A stretch of 64,000 nucleotides of DNA, taken from NCBI GenBank assembly GCA_964588985.1, contig CAZPQW010000004.1:64001-128000 (forward strand), in the 5' to 3' direction. Below, in pieces: positions 12,225-22,083 of the stretch (within the stretch, counting starts at the first letter, position 1; each line of letters starts with the position of its first letter). The notes below the pieces were generated by a model. It ran no database searches and was not told where the DNA came from. It saw only the letters and a program-made list of their open reading frames with translations. The stretch is from an uncultured Solirubrobacteraceae bacterium. Its GTDB lineage: Bacteria; Actinomycetota; Thermoleophilia; Solirubrobacterales; Solirubrobacteraceae. The translations under genes were made by a program, and so were the position numbers.

Positions 12225-13160
12225 ATCGCACGCCTCGCCAATACCGACCTCGACGTCTTCCCGCTCTGCCTGGGCGGCAACGTATTCGGCTGGTCGATCG
12301 ACGAGGAGCGCTCGTTCGCGGTGCTCGACGCGTACTTCGCGGCGGGCGGCAACTTCATCGACACCGCCGACATCTACGGGCGGCGCGGGCCCGAAGGGAT
12401 GGGCGCATCCGAGCGGATCATCGGCCGCTGGATCGCCGCGCGCGGCAACCGCGACCGACTGGTGATCGCCACCAAGGTCGGCATGTCGCCCGACCGCCCG
12501 GGGCTGTCGGCGACGGCGATCAGGCAGGGCATCGACGATTCGCTGGAGCGGCTCGGCATCGATCGCGTGGACCTCTACTACGCTCACCAGGACGACCCCG
12601 ACACGCCGCTGCAGGAGACGCTCGGAGCCTTCAACGAGCTCATCCGGGAGGGCAAGATCGCCCATGCGGCCGCGTCGAACTACAGCGCCGCTCGCCTGGA
12701 GGAGGCGCTGCGGATCGGCGAAGCCGACGGGACGGCCTCGTATGTGGCGCTGCAGCCGCACTACAACCTGCTCGAGCGCGGCGAGTACGAGGGCGAGCTG
12801 GTATCCGTGTGTGAGCGGTACGGCCTGGCCTGCATCCCCTACTTCGGCCTCGCGCGCGGCTTCCTCAGCGGGAAGTACCGCCGAGGCGCTGATGTGCCTG
12901 ACGGCCCGCGTGCGGCTGGTGTGCGCGAGAGCTACTTCAACGATCGCGGCTTCGCGGTGCTCGACGCGCTCGACGAGATCGCCGCTGCTCACGAGACATC
13001 GGTGGCGGCCGTGGCGCTTGCGTGGCTCCGGGTCCAGCCCACGGTCCTCGCGCCGATCGCGAGCGCCACCTCGGCCGAGCAGCTCGCGCAGCTGGTGGCA
13101 TCAACCGAGATCGAGCTGACCGCGGTCGAGCTCGAGCGCCTGGATGTTGTGAGCCGCTGA
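12225..13160 (+). CDS. Aldo/keto reductase (apparent ATC start)
   Basis: IARLANTDLDVFPLCLGGNVFGW, NFIDTADIY, IATKVG, DLYYAHQDD; frame extends upstream of listed GTG 12321. Confidence 0.85.
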   Translation: MARLANTDLDVFPLCLGGNVFGWSIDEERSFAVLDAYFAAGGNFIDTADIYGRRGPEGMGASERIIGRWIAARGNRDRLVIATKVGMSPDRPGLSATAIRQGIDDSLERLGIDRVDLYYAHQDDPDTPLQETLGAFNELIREGKIAHAAASNYSAARLEEALRIGEADGTASYVALQPHYNLLERGEYEGELVSVCERYGLACIPYFGLARGFLSGKYRRGADVPDGPRAAGVRESYFNDRGFAVLDALDEIAAAHETSVAAVALAWLRVQPTVLAPIASATSAEQLAQLVASTEIELTAVELERLDVVSR

Positions 13161-13176
13161 GGCTCGACGCCGTCGA

Positions 13177-14040
13177 TCAGGCGAAGAGGAGCAGCTGACC
13201 GTCGGGGTCGCGCACCGACAGGCTCCCGTCCTGTGCGCGTGCCGCAGACGCTGTTGCGCCAGCGTCGCTGAGCGTGCGCTGAAGGGCTTCGACCGCATCG
13301 GGGTCGCTCAAGTCGAACTCCACCCTGCGCAGCCCAGGTGCGCTGTCTGGGGCTGGCGCTCCGCCCCGGCTCTCCCACGAGTTCAAGCCGAGGTGGTGGT
13401 GATACCCGCCCGCCGAGACGAACGCCGCGGATGGGATCTGGGCCTGCTCCTCGAAGCCGAGCGCGTCGCGGTAGAAGGCGTTCGCTCGCGGCACGTCTGA
13501 GACCTTCAGATGCACGTGGCCGACATGCGTCCCCTGCCCCACCGCGGCGCTTGGCTCTCCAGCTGCCTGTGCGAGCAGGTCGTCTACGTCGAGCGGCAGC
13601 GTGACCATCTCCACGCCATGCCCGTCAGCGGGGCGCTGCCACAGCTCGCGCGGACGGTCGACGTAGATCTCGATGCCGAGGCCGTCGGGGTCGCTCAGAT
13701 ACAGCGCCTCGGAGACGCCGTGATCTGAGGCTCCGTCGAAGCGCCAGCGCGCGCTCGCGATCCTGCGCACCGTGTCGGCGAGCGCCGCGCGCGTGGGGTG
13801 AAGCCAGGCGACGTGGTAGAGGCCGGTGCTGCGCGGCGGGGCTGGTGTGGGTGCGGTGAGTTGGCTGAGCATGAGTGCTGGCCGCTCGGGGTCGGCGCCG
13901 AGTCTCGCCGTGTGCTCGTCGCGCTCGATCAGAGGGAGGCCGAGCACCCGCTCGTAGAAGTCGGCGCTGCGCGACAGGTCGCTCACCGCGAGATCGACAG
14001 AGCCGATGCGCAGGGCTGGATCGATTGGACTCATCGCCAT
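13177..14040 (-). CDS. VOC/glyoxalase family protein (CatE-like)
   Basis: GLYHVAWL, DHGVSEALYLSDPDGLGIEIY, GHVHLKV, GGYHHHLGLN. Confidence 0.88.
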   Translation of the reverse strand: MAMSPIDPALRIGSVDLAVSDLSRSADFYERVLGLPLIERDEHTARLGADPERPALMLSQLTAPTPAPPRSTGLYHVAWLHPTRAALADTVRRIASARWRFDGASDHGVSEALYLSDPDGLGIEIYVDRPRELWQRPADGHGVEMVTLPLDVDDLLAQAAGEPSAAVGQGTHVGHVHLKVSDVPRANAFYRDALGFEEQAQIPSAAFVSAGGYHHHLGLNSWESRGGAPAPDSAPGLRRVEFDLSDPDAVEALQRTLSDAGATASAARAQDGSLSVRDPDGQLLLFA

Positions 14041-14060
14041 CCAGGGTAGTGTTCATTCCC

Positions 14061-15008
14061 ATGAAGCTCCGCAAACTCGGTTCGAGCGACATCGAGGTCT
14101 CGGAGATCAGCCTCGGCTCGTGGCTGACCTACTCCGGCGGCGTCGAGCGCGAGCGGGCGAAGGCGTGCGTGGATGCGGCGTTCGAGGCCGGCATCAACTT
14201 CATCGACACCGCCAACGTCTACGGGCGCGGCGCCTCCGAGACGCTGCTCGGCGAGGTGCTCGCCGGACGCGAGCGCAGCTCCTACGTGCTCGCGACGAAG
14301 GTGTTCTTCCCGATGTCCGACACCGATCGAGGGCTGTCCGCGGTGCAGATCCACAAGCAGATCGACGCGTCGCTCGAGCGTCTGAAAACGGACTACGTGG
14401 ACCTCTACCAGTGTCATCGCTTCGACCGCCACACGCCGCTCGAGGAGACGATGCAGGCGCTGACGGAGGTCGTGCAGGCGGGCAAGGCGCGCCACATCGG
14501 CTTCAGCGAGTGGCCGGTCGAGAAGATCGACGAGTCGCTCGCGATCCCCGGCGTGGAGCGCTGGGTCTCCAGCCAGCCGCAGTACTCGATGCTTTGGCGC
14601 GGCCCCGAGGCGGAGGTGATCCCCCTGTGCGCACAGGAGGGCATCTCCCAGATCGTGTGGTCGCCGCTCGCGCAGGGCGTGCTCACCGGCAAGTACAGCC
14701 CGGGCGAGCCGCCGCCCGCGGACTCCAGGGCCGCGAGCGAGAGCATGGGCGGCTTCATCGACCAGCTCGTCCAGCCGGTCGTGCTCGAGGCGGTGCAGAA
14801 GCTCGTTCCGGTCGCGCAGGAGGCCGGGCTGACGATGGTGCAGCTCGCGCTCGCGTGGGTCCTGCGCCAGGAGAATGTCGCCTCGGCGATCGTCGGCGCG
14901 AGCCGTCCCGAGCAGGTCCACGCGAACGTGGCCGCGTCCGGCGTGACGCTCAGCTCAGACACGCTCGCCGCGATCGACGAGGCGCTCGGCGACGTCGTCG
15001 TCCGCTGA
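14061..15008 (+). CDS. Aldo/keto reductase (Kv-beta/Tas-like)
   Basis: MKLRKLGSSDIEVSEISLGSWLT, FIDTANVY, LATKVFF, DLYQCHRFD; start revised from 13875. Confidence 0.9.
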   Translation: MKLRKLGSSDIEVSEISLGSWLTYSGGVERERAKACVDAAFEAGINFIDTANVYGRGASETLLGEVLAGRERSSYVLATKVFFPMSDTDRGLSAVQIHKQIDASLERLKTDYVDLYQCHRFDRHTPLEETMQALTEVVQAGKARHIGFSEWPVEKIDESLAIPGVERWVSSQPQYSMLWRGPEAEVIPLCAQEGISQIVWSPLAQGVLTGKYSPGEPPPADSRAASESMGGFIDQLVQPVVLEAVQKLVPVAQEAGLTMVQLALAWVLRQENVASAIVGASRPEQVHANVAASGVTLSSDTLAAIDEALGDVVVR

Positions 15009-15047
15009 GACGACGCCACCGAGCTTCTCGCAGCTTCCAGCCCTACC

Positions 15048-15608
15048 TCAGCCCGCCTTGATCGCCGAGATCTCGAGCAGGATCTTGACCTTGTCGCTGA
15101 CGACGACGTTGCCCGAGCCGAGCGCCATGTTGAACTTCATGTCGTAGTCGGAGCGGTTGATCTGCGCAGTGGCGGAGACGCCGACGCGGTCGTTGCCCTG
15201 TGGGTCGGTCTCGGTGCCCTCGACGGTTGCGTCGAGCGTGAGCGGGTGGGTGATCCCGTGGATCGTGAAGTCGCCGGTGATCTCGAAGTCCTCATCGCCC
15301 TTGGGGGTGATGGAGGTTGAGCGGAACGTGATCTCGGGGATGTTCTCGGCGTCGAAGAAGTCGGCCGAGAGGAGGTGCCCGTCGCGCTGGGGCTCGCCGG
15401 TGTCGACGCTCGAGACCTGCACGGTGCCATACGCGCTGGCGCCCTCGGGGGTCACATCGAGCGTGCCCTCGAACTCCTTGAACTTGCCCTTCACGGTGGC
15501 GATGCCGAGGTGTTTGACGTGGAACTCGACGCTCGAGTGGACCGGGTCGACGTTCCAGGTGCCCGTGGGTAGGGCGGTTGCGGTTGCGACGGAATCGATT
15601 GCGGACAT
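15048..15608 (-). CDS. YceI family protein
   Basis: GTWNVDPVHSSVEFHVKHLGIATVKGKF, RDGHLLSADFFD. Confidence 0.92.
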   Translation of the reverse strand: MSAIDSVATATALPTGTWNVDPVHSSVEFHVKHLGIATVKGKFKEFEGTLDVTPEGASAYGTVQVSSVDTGEPQRDGHLLSADFFDAENIPEITFRSTSITPKGDEDFEITGDFTIHGITHPLTLDATVEGTETDPQGNDRVGVSATAQINRSDYDMKFNMALGSGNVVVSDKVKILLEISAIKAG

Positions 15609-15680
15609 CGGAATCTCCTTGCGTAATGGCTGAGGTAGCCGGTTGTCGGGTAGGGGGGTTATCTACCTCGACGTTAGCAG

Positions 15681-15700
15681 AGTTGATTGCGCAAGCAACT
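15681..15700. promoter_or_regulatory. Palindromic operator upstream of yceI
   Basis: AGTTG-A-TTGCGCAA-G-CAACT, a 20-bp near-perfect dyad. Confidence 0.6.
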
Positions 15701-15728
15701 ATAGGCCCCTGCGCGCTGACGTCCCGAC

Positions 15729-16532
15729 TCAGCGCTGCTGTACGACGAGCGTCTGAAACGCCCGTCCGACTGGCCCATGTTCGTCATGCAGCACGCTGTC
15801 GCTCAGCCCGCTGCCGCCCTCGTGGAGGATCGTGTGCGCATCCAAGCCGATCCACTCGCCACGCGGCTGGCGGTGCAGGTGGATGGTGAGATCGGCGTTG
15901 ATGAACAGAAAGCGGTCGAACGGCAGCACAGCACTGACGCCGTTGCCGAAATCCGAGGTCGCTGCGAGTCGGGCGAGTGGGGTGAGATCCTGTCCCGGCA
16001 GCAGCGGATGGCGCATCCGCATCCACACGCGCCCAGGGCCCGGGCGCCACGGGTCGTTCAGCCAGCGCATCTCCATGACGCTCGCCGCGAAGCTCAGCCT
16101 GTCTGGGTCGTCGAGTGCGAAGCGCACCGGCTCGCCCTCTTGCGGGCCCGGCATCTCCGCCGCGGTGGAGGCCTTCAGCAGCTCGGCGGGCAGATCCTCC
16201 GGCAGCTCACTGGGCACCGCCTGCACGCGCAGCGCGCTCGCGCGGCAGATCAGCTCGTCGCCGCTGCGCAGCTCCGCTGCGAGCTCCTGCACACGCCGTC
16301 CGGGGCGGACGATGCTCGTGGTGAGCTCGAGCGGCGCGAACGGGAGAGGACGCAGCAGCTCGAAGCCGAGTCGCGCGATCTGAAGCTCCGAGCCGGGCTC
16401 CATGCGCTCGAACACGGAGGTGATCAGCGCCGCCGGGGCTCCGCCGTGGAGCGCCCGCGGGTCCCACGGGCCGCGCGCGTGCTCGGTCGGCATGTAGCCG
16501 CCGGCCTCGGCGAGGAAGACGCTCTCGCTCAT
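15729..16532 (-). CDS. Acyl-CoA thioesterase (double hotdog, TesB-like)
   Basis: RGPWDPRALHGGAPAAL, DFGNGVS, FINADLTIHLHRQPRGEWI. Confidence 0.85.
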   Translation of the reverse strand: MSESVFLAEAGGYMPTEHARGPWDPRALHGGAPAALITSVFERMEPGSELQIARLGFELLRPLPFAPLELTTSIVRPGRRVQELAAELRSGDELICRASALRVQAVPSELPEDLPAELLKASTAAEMPGPQEGEPVRFALDDPDRLSFAASVMEMRWLNDPWRPGPGRVWMRMRHPLLPGQDLTPLARLAATSDFGNGVSAVLPFDRFLFINADLTIHLHRQPRGEWIGLDAHTILHEGGSGLSDSVLHDEHGPVGRAFQTLVVQQR

Positions 16533-16539
16533 CGGTCGA

Positions 16540-17208
16540 TCACTCCGGCAGGCGGTCCACGAAGTCCGCGAGCTTGCCCGGGTCGCGCAGCGGCGGGCCG
16601 TGGCCGAAGCACGTCAGGCTGGGGCGCAGCGCGGCGAGCCTGCGGGCGGACTGGCGGTTGCGCGCGGGGTCGGGCGTGAACACGTCGGGCGGCGCGTGCA
16701 GGCCGGGCATGCCGGTGAGGACGTGCATGTTGTTGAGCACGTCGCCGAGGATCAGCACGCGGTCGGATTCGCGCCAGTAGGCGACCTGGCCGCGTGAGTG
16801 CCCGGGGCTCTCGAGCACGGTGAATCCCGCCACCTCGTCGCCCTCGACGAGCGCGCGCGAGACGGGGTGGGGCGGTCCGGTCCAGTAGCGCTGCTGGAGC
16901 TTGTTCAGCCAGCCGGGCGCCTGCGAGTTGCGCACGCCGCCGGGGGTCTCCATCGCGGGCACGTCGCCCTGTCCACACCACAGCGGGATGCTCAGCGCTT
17001 CGCAGATCGCGTGGCTCGCGCCCTGGTGGTCGGGGTGGGCGTGCGTGAGCGCGTGCGCGCTCAGCTTGTGTCCCGAGATCTGGCGCATGATCCGCTTCTC
17101 GCCCTGCCTGGTGGCGGCGTCGATCAGCAGGTCCTCCACGAGATAGACGTTGATCGCGTTCGGCGGCCAGCCGCGCAGCAGGTGGACACCCTCGGCGAGC
17201 TGCTTCAT
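16540..17208 (-). CDS. Metallo-beta-lactamase-fold hydrolase
   Basis: THAHPDHQG, PGHS, GD, FGHG motifs. Confidence 0.88.
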   Translation of the reverse strand: MKQLAEGVHLLRGWPPNAINVYLVEDLLIDAATRQGEKRIMRQISGHKLSAHALTHAHPDHQGASHAICEALSIPLWCGQGDVPAMETPGGVRNSQAPGWLNKLQQRYWTGPPHPVSRALVEGDEVAGFTVLESPGHSRGQVAYWRESDRVLILGDVLNNMHVLTGMPGLHAPPDVFTPDPARNRQSARRLAALRPSLTCFGHGPPLRDPGKLADFVDRLPE

Positions 17209-17230
17209 CGCTTGCTCCTCTGCTCGATGG

Positions 17231-17972
17231 TCACGTGCGCCGCCCCTCCCACGAGAAGCCGCGCACGGCGAAGTAAAGGCCGAACGCTCCCCACAGCGCG
17301 ATCACGGCGAGCTCGTCGAGGTTGCCGCCGAGCCCGTGTCCGGTGACCATCGCCCCGGAGAGCCCGTCGATCAGCGGCTTCAGCGGCAGCGCGTCGGCGA
17401 TCGTGCGCAGGAACGCGGGCGCGCCGCTTGAGTCGAAGACGTAGAAGGACACGAACACGACGGGCAGGAAGATCGCGTTGACGTACGCGGCGGTCGACTC
17501 GAAGTTGGGGATCGCGTGCGCGAACGCCACGCCGAGCGCCGCGAGGGCGACGACGCCGACGAGCACGAACACGATCAGCTCGCCCCAGTGCGGCGGCCAG
17601 CCGATGCCGAAGAACACGCGCCCGGAGAGCACTACGATCGCGATCTGCAGAGCTGTGTTGGTGACCGCGTTGGCGGCCACGCCGCCGAAGTAGGAGATCG
17701 TCGGCAGCGGCGTGCCGCGGATGCGCTTGAGCACGCCCCGCTCGCGCAGGAACACGATGTTGTAGGCGAGAGCGGTGAACGTGGTGGACATCACGCTCAT
17801 GCCCGCGATCGACGGCAGCAGCTTGTTCAGGTTGGCCTGGTTGCCGCTGAGGATCGCGCCGCCGGCCGCGAGGAACAGCAGCGGCAGCACGAAGTTGAAG
17901 AACGCCGCGCTGGGGTTGCGCCAGAACAGCCTGCGCTCCAGGCGGTACTGCCGCCAGCTGAGGGCCAGTGCG

Positions 17973-17980
<8 letters not shown>
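17231..17980 (-). CDS. ABC-2 type exporter permease
   Basis: Six hydrophobic segments, RERGVLKRIRGTPL motif. Confidence 0.88.
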
Positions 17981-18830
<850 letters not shown>

Positions 18831-18874
18831 GCCCCTGATCATCTCAGGACCGCCCGCGAGGACGGCGCTCGCTC

Positions 18875-20878
18875 CTACCAGTGCACGCCCCTGGTGAGCG
18901 TGGCCATGGCGATCTGCTCGAAGGATGCGCGCTCCTCCATGTCGCCGTGGCCTTTGGCGGCGGCCGAGTCGGGGAACACGCGGTAGGCGAGGTGCAGCAG
19001 CCGGTCGACCATCTTCGGCGAGATCGAGTACGCGACTTCGCCGAACTTGCCGATCCGCGTGCCCATCTCCTTGGGCCGGCTGCGCATCGCCTCGCAGATC
19101 ATGTCGGCGGCCTCGTCGGGGCTGATCGCGGGGAACGCGTCGTACATCTTCGTGGGCGCGATCATCGGCGTGCGCACGAGCGGCATGTGGATCGTGGTGA
19201 ACGTGACCCCGTCGCCGATCGTCTCGGAGGCGACCACGCGCGTGAACGCGTCGAGCGCGGCCTTGGAGGCGACATAGGCCGAAAAACGCGGCGGGTTGGT
19301 CTGCACGCCGATCGAGGACACGTTGATGATGTGGCCGGAGCCGCGTTCGCGCATGTGCGGCAGCAGGCCGATGATCAGCTTGACCGCGCCGAAGTAGTTG
19401 AGCTGGATGGTGCGTTCGAAATCGTGGAAGCGGTCGTAGCTGAGCGCGATCGAGCGGCGGATCGAGCGCCCGGCGTTGTTGACGAGCATGTCGATGTTGC
19501 GGTGGTCGGCGAGCACGCGCTCGAGCAGCCGTTCGATCGACTCGATGTCCGCGAGGTCGGCTGCATACACGTACGCGGTGCCGCCCGCGGCGACGATCTC
19601 CGCGCGGACCTCCTCGAGGTTCTCGACGTTGCGCGCCACCAGCAGCGGCACGCCGCCCGCGGCCGCGACCTTCACGGCGGTCGCGCGTCCGATGCCGGAG
19701 GAGGCGCCGGTGATCAGCACGTGGCGGCCATTCAAGGCCTCCTTCAGCGTGCTGCCCCTGCGCAGATCGGGGTCCATCTCGCGCTCCCAGTAGTCCCACA
19801 GCCGCGCGACGTAGTCCTGCAGCGGCGGCGGCGTCTCCAGCGGCGAGCCAGCGAGCGCGCTCGCGGCCTGGCTCGTGTCGAAGCGCGGCACGAGCTCCAT
19901 GTTGGCGAGCACCGATGCGGGGATGCCGAGCTCGCGCAGCGCGACGTTGCGCATCTGGCGCCAAGGCGGGAGCGCCGCGGCGAGCGCGAGCGGCCACTTC
20001 GGCAGCGGGTCGATCAGCCGTTTGTCGATGCTCACGGCGAAGCGCGGCGCGTGCGCGGCGACGGCCAGCTCGTTGATCAGCTCGTCCACGCGCTGCGGGC
20101 GCGGGTCGGTGAGGCTGAACGCGCGACCGTCGAGGTTGGGCTCGTGCGCGATGTGCTCGAGCGCTCCGGCGACCCAGTCGACGGGGACGATGTTGGTGTA
20201 GCCGAGGTCGAGGCCCACGAGCGGCACCCACTCCGGCAGCAGGTGGCGCATCCGCTGGATCGCCTTGAAGAAGTAGTACGGACCGTCGACCTTTTCCATC
20301 TCGCCCGTCAGGGAGTCGCCGACGACGATTCCTGGCCGGTACACGCGCCACGGCACGTAGGGCTGGTCGCGCACGATCCGCTCGGACTCGAACTTGGTGC
20401 GGTGATACGGCGATGGCAGCTTCTGCCCCTCGTCGAACATGTCCTCCTCGAACACGCCCTTGTACGTCCCGGCGACGGCGATCGAGGAGACGTGGTGCAG
20501 GTGCTTGGCGTCGAGCGCGCGCGCGAGTTCGACCGCATGGGTGGTGCCGCCGACGTTGACCGCGGTGTTGCGCTCCGCGGGGGCGGTCATGTCGTAGACG
20601 GCCGCGAGGTGGAAGAAGTGCTTGATCTTGCCGCGCAGCTCCGCCACCTGCTCGGTCTCCACGCCGAGCAGCGGCCTGCGCAGGTCGCCCACCACCGGCA
20701 CGATGCGCTCCTCTGCGGAAGGGCCGACGGCGATGCTCCAGCGCTCGATCAGATCATCGAGGCGCGGTTTCGAGCTCTCGCGCACGAGCACGTAGATCTT
20801 GCCCTGGCGCTTGTCGAGCAGCCGCTCCACGAGACGGCTTCCGATGAAGCCGGTTGCGCCTGTGACGAAGTAGGCCAT
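18875..20878 (-). CDS. Two-domain SDR, fatty acyl-CoA reductase-like (AcrA1 type)
   Basis: N-terminal TGATGFIG extended SDR (YHRTK) fused to classical SDR TGASSGIG, NNAGRS, YVASK, C-terminus RGVHW. Confidence 0.85.
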   Translation of the reverse strand: MAYFVTGATGFIGSRLVERLLDKRQGKIYVLVRESSKPRLDDLIERWSIAVGPSAEERIVPVVGDLRRPLLGVETEQVAELRGKIKHFFHLAAVYDMTAPAERNTAVNVGGTTHAVELARALDAKHLHHVSSIAVAGTYKGVFEEDMFDEGQKLPSPYHRTKFESERIVRDQPYVPWRVYRPGIVVGDSLTGEMEKVDGPYYFFKAIQRMRHLLPEWVPLVGLDLGYTNIVPVDWVAGALEHIAHEPNLDGRAFSLTDPRPQRVDELINELAVAAHAPRFAVSIDKRLIDPLPKWPLALAAALPPWRQMRNVALRELGIPASVLANMELVPRFDTSQAASALAGSPLETPPPLQDYVARLWDYWEREMDPDLRRGSTLKEALNGRHVLITGASSGIGRATAVKVAAAGGVPLLVARNVENLEEVRAEIVAAGGTAYVYAADLADIESIERLLERVLADHRNIDMLVNNAGRSIRRSIALSYDRFHDFERTIQLNYFGAVKLIIGLLPHMRERGSGHIINVSSIGVQTNPPRFSAYVASKAALDAFTRVVASETIGDGVTFTTIHMPLVRTPMIAPTKMYDAFPAISPDEAADMICEAMRSRPKEMGTRIGKFGEVAYSISPKMVDRLLHLAYRVFPDSAAAKGHGDMEERASFEQIAMATLTRGVHW

Positions 20879-20960
20879 CGTCAACAGAGCCTACCTCGAA
20901 TCAACCCCCTGCGGTTGCCGCTTTTCGAAGCGTCCGCATCGTTGCCGCTCCAGCGCGCGG

Positions 20961-21734
20961 TTACGCGCCGGCGCCCGCTCCGCCGCGTCCCTCACCGGCG
21001 GCGAATCGGGCCGCGCCGCGCGCGCCGTCCTCGAAGACCCCGGGCCCGGCGGCGGCCTCGAGCGCGAGCGCGTCGGAGAGCTCCATGCCGAAGCCCTCGA
21101 TCGCGGCGCGACGGTCGGCGAGCATCGTGCGCTGGGGGAATCGCGCGAGCCCCTCCGCCAGCGCGAGCGCTCGCTCGAGGTGCGTGCCGCCAGGGACGAC
21201 CTCGGTCAGCAGGCCCATCGCGTGCGCCTCCTGCGCGTCGATGATGCGCCCGGTGAGGATCAGATCGAGCGCGCGCCCCATGCCCACGATGCGCGGCAGC
21301 CGCTGGGTGCCGCCGTCGATCAGCGGCACGCCCCAGCGACGCTCGGGGTAGCCGAGCTTGGAGTTCTCGGTGGCGATGCGCAGGTCGCACCACAGCGCGA
21401 TCTCCAGGCCCCCGGCGAGGCAGAAGCCGGAGATCGCGGCGATCGTGGGCTTGGAGGAGGTCAAACGGGTGAAGCCCATCGGACCCTCGGCGCTCATCAG
21501 CCGCGGGGCCATCGTCTCGGTGGCCTTCAGGTCCGCGCCCGCGCAGAAGGACACGCCGCCGGCGCCGCACACGACGAGCACGCGCGCGTCGTCGTCGGCC
21601 TCGAAGCGCAGGTAGGCGTCGTGCAGCGCCTCTGCGGTCGGGCCGTCGACAGCGTTGCGCCGGTGCTGGCGGTCGATCGTGATCAGCGCGGCGGCGCCGC
21701 GGCGCTCGTAGCGAACTTCGTCTGTGTCGGCCAT
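20961..21734 (-). CDS. Enoyl-CoA hydratase/isomerase family protein
   Basis: FCAGADLK, KPTIAAISGFCLAGGLEIALWCDLRIA, GGTQRLPRIVG. Confidence 0.9.
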   Translation of the reverse strand: MADTDEVRYERRGAAALITIDRQHRRNAVDGPTAEALHDAYLRFEADDDARVLVVCGAGGVSFCAGADLKATETMAPRLMSAEGPMGFTRLTSSKPTIAAISGFCLAGGLEIALWCDLRIATENSKLGYPERRWGVPLIDGGTQRLPRIVGMGRALDLILTGRIIDAQEAHAMGLLTEVVPGGTHLERALALAEGLARFPQRTMLADRRAAIEGFGMELSDALALEAAAGPGVFEDGARGAARFAAGEGRGGAGAGA

Positions 21735-21751
21735 CGGCGCGGGCGCCGGGG

Positions 21752-22024
21752 CTACCAGCCGCCGCGCCAGTTGGCGCCGCCGAGCAGCTTCTCTCCCGCT
21801 TTGCGCGCTTCTTTGCGCTTGTCCAGCTTCTTCTGGAGCATGCTCATCGTGAACACGAACAGCGGGAAGAAGATGATGAGGATGAAGCCCGCGTCGGTGA
21901 CGACCTTGTCGTCGGTAGGGCCGTAGAAGCCGCGTCCGTCGTTGTACGCGCTCGCCGCGGGGGCGAGCACGAGCAGGGCGAGCAGTGCGAGCGGCAGGAG
22001 TGTGGCGAAGAGGCGGTTGCGCAT
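21752..22024 (-). CDS. Small membrane protein
   Basis: Signal-like N-terminus, one further TM helix, basic tail; fits gap between genes. Confidence 0.65.
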   Translation of the reverse strand: MRNRLFATLLPLALLALLVLAPAASAYNDGRGFYGPTDDKVVTDAGFILIIFFPLFVFTMSMLQKKLDKRKEARKAGEKLLGGANWRGGW

Positions 22025-22083
22025 CGGTTCGCGCGAATCCTATCTGAGGCGCGGCGGGAAGAGGTCTCTACCATCGGCAGCCG

